From positions 1 to 43,564 of the forward strand of contig CADCQD010000083.1 in assembly GCA_902803485.1 (NCBI GenBank): a stretch of DNA of 43,564 nt, given 5' to 3'. The notes under the pieces are model-generated. The model was not told the DNA's origin and did no database searches. It saw nothing but the letters and a program-made list of their open reading frames with translations. A program made the translations under genes and the position numbers. The DNA is from an uncultured Eubacteriales bacterium. Lineage in GTDB: Bacteria; Bacillota; Clostridia; Lachnospirales; Lachnospiraceae. Shown here in pieces: positions 8,898 through 16,558 of this stretch. Each line of letters opens with the position of its first letter. Positions within the stretch are counted from its first letter, which is position 1.

Positions 8898-9118
8898 ATT
8901 TCAAAGCTCCCCGCAATATATACATAATCATTAAATTATATAATATATCATTCAAAGAAGATGCGCAAGTATCCTGTAACATAAGTCGTTTAGTTTGACA
9001 TTTACGAATAAATATACTAAACTGTGTATAAATTGTGTTTATGATGTCAGATTATGGCCCTGAGAAGGGTCTTTTGCAAGCCGAATGTGAACACGGGAAA
9101 AAGGAGTAAGACAGGGAA
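8898..9118. promoter_or_regulatory. AT-rich divergent control region
   Basis: A 221-bp AT-rich gap between divergent genes. It contains TTGACA (8995-9000), TATACT (9013-9018) and TGTATAAAT (9025-9033), but the spacings are not canonical, so no exact promoter is called. AAGGAG at 9101-9106 precedes ATG 9119. Confidence 0.35.
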
Positions 9119-12100
9119 ATGGAAAACGCCTGGTCGTGGATGCTGGATACGCTGAAGCGCGGTTCCGGCTATAAGGATATGTTCGGACTTCTGAAATGCC
9201 ACGGGGATGCCGTGGCGGCGGAGATCCTGGACGATAACGGCAACATTCAAACCAGAAGCTACCAAACGTATGTGGAAATGACGGAAAAGGCCTGCGGACA
9301 GCTCGAACGCAGCGGCCTTTTCGGACAGGGGGACGTGGTCGGACTCTGTTGTGAAACGTGTATGGACTGGCCGGTGCTCTTCTGGGGCATTCTGATGTCC
9401 GGGGGCATTCCGCTGCTTTTGAATCCGGCAGCGGATGGAAAACTTCTTCAGGCGATCCTTGAGGAAGCGGGAGCGAAGGCCATAGTGTCCGCGGGACCGC
9501 GGGACGGCATTTCAGTCTCCCTGATCAGGATCAGCGATGTTCTGAAAGACGGCGCGCCCGGGAAGGAACAGTGGGCGGATGCGGTGGCATTGTGCACTTC
9601 GGGCACTACCGGGCGGAGCAGGATCTTCCTTTATACAGGACAGACCGTGGCGAACCAGCTCAACAGCTTTGACGAAGCTGCCAGAAACTGCAGCGAACTT
9701 CCGTTTGTGGAAGGGGTTCCGTGCAGGATCCTGGCGTTTCTGCCGTTCCATCATGTATTTGGATTTACCATCGTTTACATGATCTATTCGCTGACAGGAA
9801 AGACGATCGTTTATCTCAGAGACAAGAGTGTCCGTACGATCATGGAAGCCTGCCGGACGCATCATGTGACGAATCTTTATAATGTGCCGATGTTTTTCAA
9901 CGCCCTGGCAGCGGGGATCACGCGGCAGGTCCCGGATCCTTCGGCCCTGCCTGAAGCGCTGAAACAGGAGGTCCGGAAAAACTGCCTGGGTACGGACATC
10001 CGCATCATGATCACCGGCGGCGGCCATGTGCCGGCGTCTACCCTTCAGGTGATCAATGACCTGGGATATCCTCTGCATAACGGCTTCGGTATGACCGAGT
10101 GCGGCGTGATCTGCGTGGAGCTCTCTGATGACGCGGAGCAAAGGAAACGGGGCAGTATCGGAAATCCCTTTGCCGGCAATGAGATCAATCTGGCGCCGGG
10201 CGAGACCGGCGAACTGAAGATCCGCAGCAGCGGGCTGTATCAGGCAAGCATCGTGGATCAGCAGATCATTCCGAGAGATCCTGAGGAGTGGTTTGAGACC
10301 GGAGATATCATGCGCCGGGATCCGGCTGGATTCTATATCGTCGGGCGCGTAAAAGACGTGATCATCGGCGCTTCGGGAGAAAATATTTATCCGGATGAAC
10401 TGGAAGACCGCTTTGTCGGCCTGCCTGGAGTATCCGCCTTCTGCGTGCTGGGCATCAAAAACGGTTTTTATGATGACCTGTGCCTTCTTCTGGAGCCCGC
10501 GGAACAGGGCTTTTCCGAGACCGCGGTCTCCGCGGCAATTGATAAGATCCGTGAAAGCCTGGGCACCGGTGAACAGCCGGACCGTATCCTGATCTCCGGT
10601 ATGAAGCTTCCCGTTTCCGCCAGCATGAAGATCATGCGGCAGACCCTGAAAAAGAAGATCGAAGACGGCAGCTGGCCCTACCGTGAGCTGCACAGGGAAA
10701 GCCGGATGCCGGTTCCTGAGGAAAAGAGCGTTTCTGAAACGGCGCAGCCGGAAGATCCGGAATTCGTCCAGATCGCGGATAAGATCCGGAAGATCGTCTC
10801 CGATACTCTGTATGTGGATGAGGAGCAGATCGGTGATTACGACAGCTTCACGGAAAAACTGGCAGGGGACAGCCTGACGCTGTTTGGCGTGTTCTGCGAG
10901 ATCGAGAAGCAGTTCGATCTGGTGCTTGCGGATTCGGATATGGTCCGCATGAGCTGCGTCCATGACGCCGCGTCGCTGATCTATGAGCGGCTGTACGGAA
11001 AGAATACCGTGTCCCAGGCCGCCCGGAAAGAGGAGATCAGTTATCACAGGATCACGGATTTCAGTGAGAGCACGGAATACAGGGATCTTCAGAAACGCAG
11101 CGAGGAAACCTTCAAGGACTGCGAAAATCCGTATTTCCTTCCTCACGACAGCCTGATCCGGGATACCAGTGTGATCCGGAAGAAACGGGTGATCAATCTC
11201 GGTTCCTATAATTATCTTGGCATGTCCGGAAATCCGGAGACCATGCAGGCGGCGATCGAAGCGATACAGAAATACGGCACATCCGCCAGCGGCAGCCGTA
11301 CGCTGGCAGGTGAAAAGACGCTGTACCAGCAGCTGGAGCATACCATTGCCGAGTGGAAGCATACGGAGGACTGTATCGTCTGTACCGGCGGCTGGGCTAC
11401 AAATTTAAGCTTTATCAGCTGCTTCATGCGGGAAGGAGACTTCATCCTGTATGACGCGCTTTCTCATAATTCCATCTCGGAAGGCGTAGCTCTTTCCAAA
11501 GCGGAGAGCCGGGCGTTTGCCCACAATGATCTGGCGATGCTGGAGGACATCCTGAAGAAGATCTCCGGCATGTACAACAAGGTCCTTATCGTGGTGGAGG
11601 GTGTATACAGCATGGACGGCGACATCGCGCCGGTACCGGAGTTCGTGCGGCTGAAGAAGCAGTACGGCTGCTTCCTGATGGTGGACGAAGCGCATTCCGG
11701 CGGCGTGATCGGTGATAACGCGGGGGGCTGCGATGATTATTTCCATCTGGATCCCCATGATATCGATATCAAGTACGGGACCATGTCCAAGGCGCTCGGC
11801 ACCTGCGGCGGTTATATCGCGGCAGATCACTCCATCGTGGAATATCTGCGGTATTCCATGAACGGGTTTGTCTTTACGGCAGGCATCGCGCCGCCCCTTG
11901 CGGCAGCCTGCATGATGGCCATCGAGATCATTCAGCGCGACAATTCCATGGCTGCGAAGCTTCATGAGAATATCCGCTATTTCGTCCGCCGCTGCAAGGA
12001 AGAAGGCATGAATACGTGCCTTGCGGGCGAAAGCGCGATCGTACCTGTCCTGGTGGGTTCGGACGCGGACGCCGCACGGCTCTCATCCGAGATCCTGAAG

Positions 12101-12256
12101 CAGGGCGTCTTTGTGCCGCCGGCCATGTTCCCGGCAGTACCTATGGGAGAAAGCCGTCTCCGTTTTACGATCTCTGCCACGCACAGTATCGAACAGCTGG
12201 AGAAGGCTGTGTCCGTAACCGCTGAGGTGATGCGCAGGGAGGGCTTCCTGAAATGA
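9119..12256 (+). CDS. Tridomain fusion: acyl-adenylating (ANL) enzyme + acyl/peptidyl carrier protein + alpha-oxoamine synthase (serine-palmitoyltransferase/BioF family)
   Basis: Adenylation domain, about aa 1-515: LCTSGTTGRSR, NGFGMTE, WFETGDIM, GRVKDVIIGASGENIYP, SASMKIMR. Carrier domain, about aa 545-625: LAGDSLTLFG, with the Ser codon at 10871-10873. AOS domain, about aa 650-1045: NLGSYNYLG, SMDGD, VDEAHS, and GTMSKALG with the Lys codon at 11789-11791. Confidence 0.85.
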   Translation: MENAWSWMLDTLKRGSGYKDMFGLLKCHGDAVAAEILDDNGNIQTRSYQTYVEMTEKACGQLERSGLFGQGDVVGLCCETCMDWPVLFWGILMSGGIPLLLNPAADGKLLQAILEEAGAKAIVSAGPRDGISVSLIRISDVLKDGAPGKEQWADAVALCTSGTTGRSRIFLYTGQTVANQLNSFDEAARNCSELPFVEGVPCRILAFLPFHHVFGFTIVYMIYSLTGKTIVYLRDKSVRTIMEACRTHHVTNLYNVPMFFNALAAGITRQVPDPSALPEALKQEVRKNCLGTDIRIMITGGGHVPASTLQVINDLGYPLHNGFGMTECGVICVELSDDAEQRKRGSIGNPFAGNEINLAPGETGELKIRSSGLYQASIVDQQIIPRDPEEWFETGDIMRRDPAGFYIVGRVKDVIIGASGENIYPDELEDRFVGLPGVSAFCVLGIKNGFYDDLCLLLEPAEQGFSETAVSAAIDKIRESLGTGEQPDRILISGMKLPVSASMKIMRQTLKKKIEDGSWPYRELHRESRMPVPEEKSVSETAQPEDPEFVQIADKIRKIVSDTLYVDEEQIGDYDSFTEKLAGDSLTLFGVFCEIEKQFDLVLADSDMVRMSCVHDAASLIYERLYGKNTVSQAARKEEISYHRITDFSESTEYRDLQKRSEETFKDCENPYFLPHDSLIRDTSVIRKKRVINLGSYNYLGMSGNPETMQAAIEAIQKYGTSASGSRTLAGEKTLYQQLEHTIAEWKHTEDCIVCTGGWATNLSFISCFMREGDFILYDALSHNSISEGVALSKAESRAFAHNDLAMLEDILKKISGMYNKVLIVVEGVYSMDGDIAPVPEFVRLKKQYGCFLMVDEAHSGGVIGDNAGGCDDYFHLDPHDIDIKYGTMSKALGTCGGYIAADHSIVEYLRYSMNGFVFTAGIAPPLAAACMMAIEIIQRDNSMAAKLHENIRYFVRRCKEEGMNTCLAGESAIVPVLVGSDADAARLSSEILKQGVFVPPAMFPAVPMGESRLRFTISATHSIEQLEKAVSVTAEVMRREGFLK

Positions 12257-13044
12257 GTAAGGTAGCGGTAGTAACCGGCGCGAGTTCCGGGATCGGGGAG
12301 GCGGTTTCCGCAAAACTGCTCCGGGCCGGATACCGCGTATACGGTCTTTCCCGGCGGGGTACGGCGCCGGACGGTGTTTCGGGAATGAAGCTGGACGTGA
12401 CGGATGAACAGCGGGTGGATGAGGTTTTCCGGGAGATCTTTCAGAAAGAAGGCCGGATCGACCTGCTGGTGAATAACGCGGGCTTCGGGATCTCCGGCCC
12501 TCTGGAGTTTACGGAGCTTACGTCCGCGCGCGCGCAGATGGACGTGAATTTCTTCGGACAGTTTCTCTGCGCCCGTGCCGTGCTGCCTTATATGAGGGAG
12601 AGAAAGAGCGGCCGGATCGTTTTTGTCAGTTCTGTCGCGGCATCCATGGCGATCCCTTATCAGGCCTTTTACTCCGCGAGCAAGGCGGCAGTCAGTTCCA
12701 TCGCGCTGGCTCTCAGAAATGAAGTAAAGGATCTCGGCATTACTGTAACGGCGGTACTTCCGGGTGACGTGAAGACCGGATTTACGGATGCAAGGGAAAA
12801 GGACCAGGGAACGCGGATCACAAGCGTTTACCGCCGGTCGGATTCCGCGGTCGCGGCTATGGAGAAGGATGAACGGAACGGCATGTCCGCGGATTTTGCC
12901 GCAGGCGTGATCCTTCACGCGGCTGAAGCGAGGCGGCCGAAGCCGATGATCATTGCGGGCCCGAAATACCGGGTGTTTTACGCGTTGTTCAAATTTCTTC
13001 CTGCGCGGCTCGTCTACTGGGTCATCGGGAAGATGTATTCATAA
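12253..13044 (+). CDS. Short-chain dehydrogenase/reductase (candidate 3-keto reductase for the upstream product)
   Basis: VAVVTGASSGIGEAV (TGxxxGxG), NNAG and YSASKAA (YxxxK). ATGA overlap with the fusion gene stop (12253-12256). Confidence 0.85.
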   Translation: MSKVAVVTGASSGIGEAVSAKLLRAGYRVYGLSRRGTAPDGVSGMKLDVTDEQRVDEVFREIFQKEGRIDLLVNNAGFGISGPLEFTELTSARAQMDVNFFGQFLCARAVLPYMRERKSGRIVFVSSVAASMAIPYQAFYSASKAAVSSIALALRNEVKDLGITVTAVLPGDVKTGFTDAREKDQGTRITSVYRRSDSAVAAMEKDERNGMSADFAAGVILHAAEARRPKPMIIAGPKYRVFYALFKFLPARLVYWVIGKMYS

Positions 13045-13053
13045 TAAGGAAAC

Positions 13054-13086
13054 GGCAGCCGGAGAGGCATGGCTTCTCCGGCTGCC
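13054..13086 (+). terminator. Hairpin after the SDR gene (no U-tract)
   Basis: GGCAGCCGGAGA...TCTCCGGCTGCC perfect 12-bp stem. The lack of a T-run lowers confidence. Confidence 0.45.
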
Positions 13087-13109
13087 GTGCCTGAAAACGA
13101 GGAGGTCCC

Positions 13110-13874
13110 ATGAAACTGATTTCCTGGAATGTAAATGGATTAAGAGCAGTAGTCGGAAAAAACTTTTATGAGGTCTTCCGGGATCTGGACGCGGACATTT
13201 TCTGCCTGCAGGAAACGAAGCTGCAGGGCGGCCAGCTGGATCTTCTGACGGAAGGATATCATCAGTACTGGAATTACGCGGAGAAGAAGGGCTACAGCGG
13301 AACCGCGGTATTTACAAAAAAAGAGCCGTTGTCCGTAAGCTGCGGCATCGGTATAGAGGAGCACGACCATGAGGGCCGCGTCATCACACTGGAATTTGAT
13401 GACTTCTACATGATCACCTGCTATACGCCCAATTCGCAGGACGGCCTCAAGCGCCTTTCCTACCGGATGGCCTGGGAGGACGCTTTCCGTGGATATCTTG
13501 TAAAGCTTGCGGAAAAGAAGCCGGTCGTGATGTGCGGAGATCTGAATGTGGCGCATGAAGAGATCGATCTGAAAAATCCGAAGACCAATCATCAGAACGC
13601 CGGGTTTACGGATGAGGAACGCGGAAAGATGACAGAGCTTCTGGCGTCCGGTTTTATCGATACCTTCCGGTATTTCTACCCGGATCAGAAGGATATTTAC
13701 TCCTGGTGGTCTTACCGCTTCCACGCGAGGGAGAAGAATGTGGGGTGGCGGATCGATTACTTTATCGCGTCAGACAGCATGAAGGAGCGGCTGGTGGACG
13801 CGAAGATCCATACGGAGATCGAGGGTTCCGACCATTGCCCCGTAGAGCTTGTGATCACAGAACAGGAAAAATGA
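13110..13874 (+). CDS. xth: Exodeoxyribonuclease III
   Basis: MKLISWNVNGLRA, FCLQETK, CGDLNVAHEEIDL, WSYR and SDHCPV are canonical ExoIII/AP endonuclease blocks. RBS GAGGAGG. Confidence 0.92.
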   Translation: MKLISWNVNGLRAVVGKNFYEVFRDLDADIFCLQETKLQGGQLDLLTEGYHQYWNYAEKKGYSGTAVFTKKEPLSVSCGIGIEEHDHEGRVITLEFDDFYMITCYTPNSQDGLKRLSYRMAWEDAFRGYLVKLAEKKPVVMCGDLNVAHEEIDLKNPKTNHQNAGFTDEERGKMTELLASGFIDTFRYFYPDQKDIYSWWSYRFHAREKNVGWRIDYFIASDSMKERLVDAKIHTEIEGSDHCPVELVITEQEK

Positions 13875-13875
13875 A

Positions 13876-14976
13876 ATGAAAAAGTGGTTTCAAAAGCTTG
13901 ATCCGAGATATGTAAAAGTCTGTACCTATGCCAGTGTGACCGTGATCGTGACAGCGGTGATCCTGGTGCTGATCTACCTGTCCGGGGGATTCTGGCAGAG
14001 GATATGGAATCTGGTAAAGGCAGTGTTCCGGCCGATGGTGATCGGGATGGTCTTCTGCTATATCCTGCTTCCTGCGGTGGGTTTTCTGGAAGCGGTGTTC
14101 ACCAGAAAAAAGGAGCACTGGTGGGCCCGCCTGCTGGCTGTCTTTTTAACCATTGCCAGTGTGGTCGCCGCCATCCTGCTGATCCTTGCGCTGGTCATCA
14201 TCATGATGTACAAGAATATCCGGGCTGTGAATATCGAGACTGTCCTCGGACTGATCACCACGACCCAGGGCGACCTCTTCGATTTTCTGGAAGCCTTCCA
14301 GCAGAAAGCTACGGACTTCGGTTTCGCGCCGGATACCCTGAGCAACTTCGTAACGTCGCTGATCGGCGGCATTCAGAATGCCCTGACCGGGATCCTGTTC
14401 GGCATCGTGATCGCGATATATTTTCTGCTGGACTGGACGGAGATCACGAAATACTGGCACCGGGCGCTGCTCCTTCTGGCAGGAAATAAGAATACCCGCC
14501 GGGTAAAGGTGCTGAGCGCGGACGCGAGCCGCGTCTTTTCCGGATATATCCGCGGCCAGTTTGTGGACGCGCTGGTGGTGGGAATTACCGCAAGCGCGGC
14601 ATTCATGATCGCCGGGATCCCGAACGCTGTGCTTGTGGGAGCTTTGACAGGCCTCGGAAACCTGATCCCCTATATGGGGCCGGTCCTCGGGACCGTCACC
14701 ATGGTGGTCGTCTGCCTTCCCGGCGCTTTATGGGGCAAGCTGGTGATCGGGATCATTATCCTGATAGTGATCATGGTGATAGATGCCAATGTCATTGAGC
14801 CAAAGCTGATGAGCAGCAGCATCCGGATCCATCCGCTTCTGGTGATCGTCGCCCTGATCGGCGGCGGTGTGGCCGGCGGATTTGCCGGCATGATCGTGGC
14901 AGTGCCTCTGGCCGCTTTTATCAAAGTCCAGTTCGACCGGTATCTGGACAAGAGGGAGCAGCCTCTGGAATCATAG
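13876..14976 (+). CDS. AI-2E (PerM) family transporter
   Basis: Polytopic membrane protein with NLIPYMGPVLG and VPLAAF blocks typical of the AI-2E family. It starts 1 nt after the xth stop. Confidence 0.85.
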   Translation: MKKWFQKLDPRYVKVCTYASVTVIVTAVILVLIYLSGGFWQRIWNLVKAVFRPMVIGMVFCYILLPAVGFLEAVFTRKKEHWWARLLAVFLTIASVVAAILLILALVIIMMYKNIRAVNIETVLGLITTTQGDLFDFLEAFQQKATDFGFAPDTLSNFVTSLIGGIQNALTGILFGIVIAIYFLLDWTEITKYWHRALLLLAGNKNTRRVKVLSADASRVFSGYIRGQFVDALVVGITASAAFMIAGIPNAVLVGALTGLGNLIPYMGPVLGTVTMVVVCLPGALWGKLVIGIIILIVIMVIDANVIEPKLMSSSIRIHPLLVIVALIGGGVAGGFAGMIVAVPLAAFIKVQFDRYLDKREQPLES

Positions 14977-14977
14977 A

Positions 14978-16558
14978 TCACATCAGCGGCGCGAAAAACC
15001 TCAGGACGGGGCCGGCCAGCTTATAAAACAGTTTTTCTTTCTGGATCGTATAAGGCGTGACCTCACGGCACTTCAGCAGTGTATCCTGGAAATCAGCTTC
15101 GATTTCCGGGATACAGCTGGTTTTATAGAGAAAAACCGCGCATTCAAAGTGATGATAGAGGCTGCGGTAGTCCAGGTTGATGGTGCCGGTCACCGCCTTT
15201 ACGTCGTCACTGACAAAGACCTTGGCATGCACGAAGCCGGGAGTATATTCGTAGATCCTGATGCCGGAACTGATCAGCGTGCGGTAGTAGGACTTGGCCA
15301 GGGCATAGGCCATCTTTTTGTCCGGGATCCCGGGGAGGATGATCTTTACGTCGATCCCCCGGTACGCCGCGTATTTCAGCGCGGTCTCCAGTTCCCCGTC
15401 CAGGATCAGATACGGCGTCATGATATGAACATAATGATTTGCCCGGTTCAGGATGTCCATATATACGGTTTCCCCCACCTTGAAGCCGTCCAGCGGGCAG
15501 TCGCCGTAAGGCATCACATAACCGTTTTCCGGTTTCGGAAGTAACGGTTCGGTCCGTAAATAGGGCATGATCACAGGCTCATACTCCCCGATGCACCACA
15601 TCTGAAGAAACATCAGAGTAAAGCTTTTCACGGCGGGACCCTTCAGCATGACCGCCGTATCCTTCCAGTGCCCGAAACGTTCCTTGCGGTTGATGTATTC
15701 ATCCGCCAGGTTCACGCCGCCGGTGAAAGCCGTTTTGCCGTCGATCACAAGGATCTTCCGGTGGTCCCGGTAATTATAGTGAGAAGAGGCCACGGGAATA
15801 ATGCGTGAAAAGATCTTCGCGCGGATCCTCTCTTCCTCCAGAAGCTTCCAGTAGCCGCCCGGCAGCTGGGAAAGTTCGCACATTCCGTCATACATCACGC
15901 GCACGTCCACGCCGGATCTCGCTTTACGCTTCAGGATCTGCAGGATCTCGCCCCACATCCATCCTTCTTCGATGATAAAGTATTCCAGAAAAATAAATCT
16001 TTCGGCCTTTTTCAGTTCCTCAAGAAGCGCTTCGAATTTCGCCTCTCCGGAGGGGAAATAGGTGACTTCCGTGTTTTCATAGACAGGGAAGCAGCCGCTC
16101 TGATTCAGATAAGTGCTGAGATCATCCACACCGGAGCCGTCCCGGTGCAGCTTTTCCATGGTTTCGCCGGACTGCCGGATGATATGCATTGTCCGGAGGA
16201 TCAGCTCTTTTTCCTGCTCCTTCAGCTTGCGGTAGCCCGCGTTGGACTGGGTAAACCAGAGGAGGAGCGTTCCTGGCACGGGCAGTATGGCTATGATCAG
16301 CATCCAGGTCAGTTTCGCGGTGGAATCCATGGAGCTGTTAAACAGGTATATGACCATGACCAGCACAAACAGAGTCCGGATGGTGGTCAGCCAGGGGATC
16401 AGCACTTCCAGGACAGCGTAAAAGATCAGGACCAGGAATGCCTGGATCAGGATCAGGAGAAAAAAGAGCATAAAACGGCTGAAGATCAGGTGGAAGATCC
16501 CCTTTTTCACCGGCTTTGCCAGATGGTATACAGGTTTGTTCTGATTTTTGCTGCTCAT
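14978..16558 (-). CDS. cls: Cardiolipin synthase
   Basis: Two N-terminal TM helices with the PLDc_N-like KLTWMLIIAILPVPGTLLLWF. Two HKD motifs: HRKILVIDGKTAFTGGVNLADEY and HAKVFVSDDVKAVTGTINLDYRS. ATG 16558 has GGAGG 6 nt upstream and forms an ATGA overlap with the upstream WYL gene stop. The track start 16564 is possible. Confidence 0.9.
   Translation of the reverse strand: MSSKNQNKPVYHLAKPVKKGIFHLIFSRFMLFFLLILIQAFLVLIFYAVLEVLIPWLTTIRTLFVLVMVIYLFNSSMDSTAKLTWMLIIAILPVPGTLLLWFTQSNAGYRKLKEQEKELILRTMHIIRQSGETMEKLHRDGSGVDDLSTYLNQSGCFPVYENTEVTYFPSGEAKFEALLEELKKAERFIFLEYFIIEEGWMWGEILQILKRKARSGVDVRVMYDGMCELSQLPGGYWKLLEEERIRAKIFSRIIPVASSHYNYRDHRKILVIDGKTAFTGGVNLADEYINRKERFGHWKDTAVMLKGPAVKSFTLMFLQMWCIGEYEPVIMPYLRTEPLLPKPENGYVMPYGDCPLDGFKVGETVYMDILNRANHYVHIMTPYLILDGELETALKYAAYRGIDVKIILPGIPDKKMAYALAKSYYRTLISSGIRIYEYTPGFVHAKVFVSDDVKAVTGTINLDYRSLYHHFECAVFLYKTSCIPEIEADFQDTLLKCREVTPYTIQKEKLFYKLAGPVLRFFAPLM

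Noticed and set aside
9119-12256. Reading the fusion as an NRPS/PKS fragment or as a plain BioF.
   Set aside because: There are no condensation, KS, AT or thioesterase motifs. No other biotin genes are adjacent. The neighbouring aminotransferase is class I AlaA-type, not BioA-type. The BioF alternative is kept as the stated refutation test.
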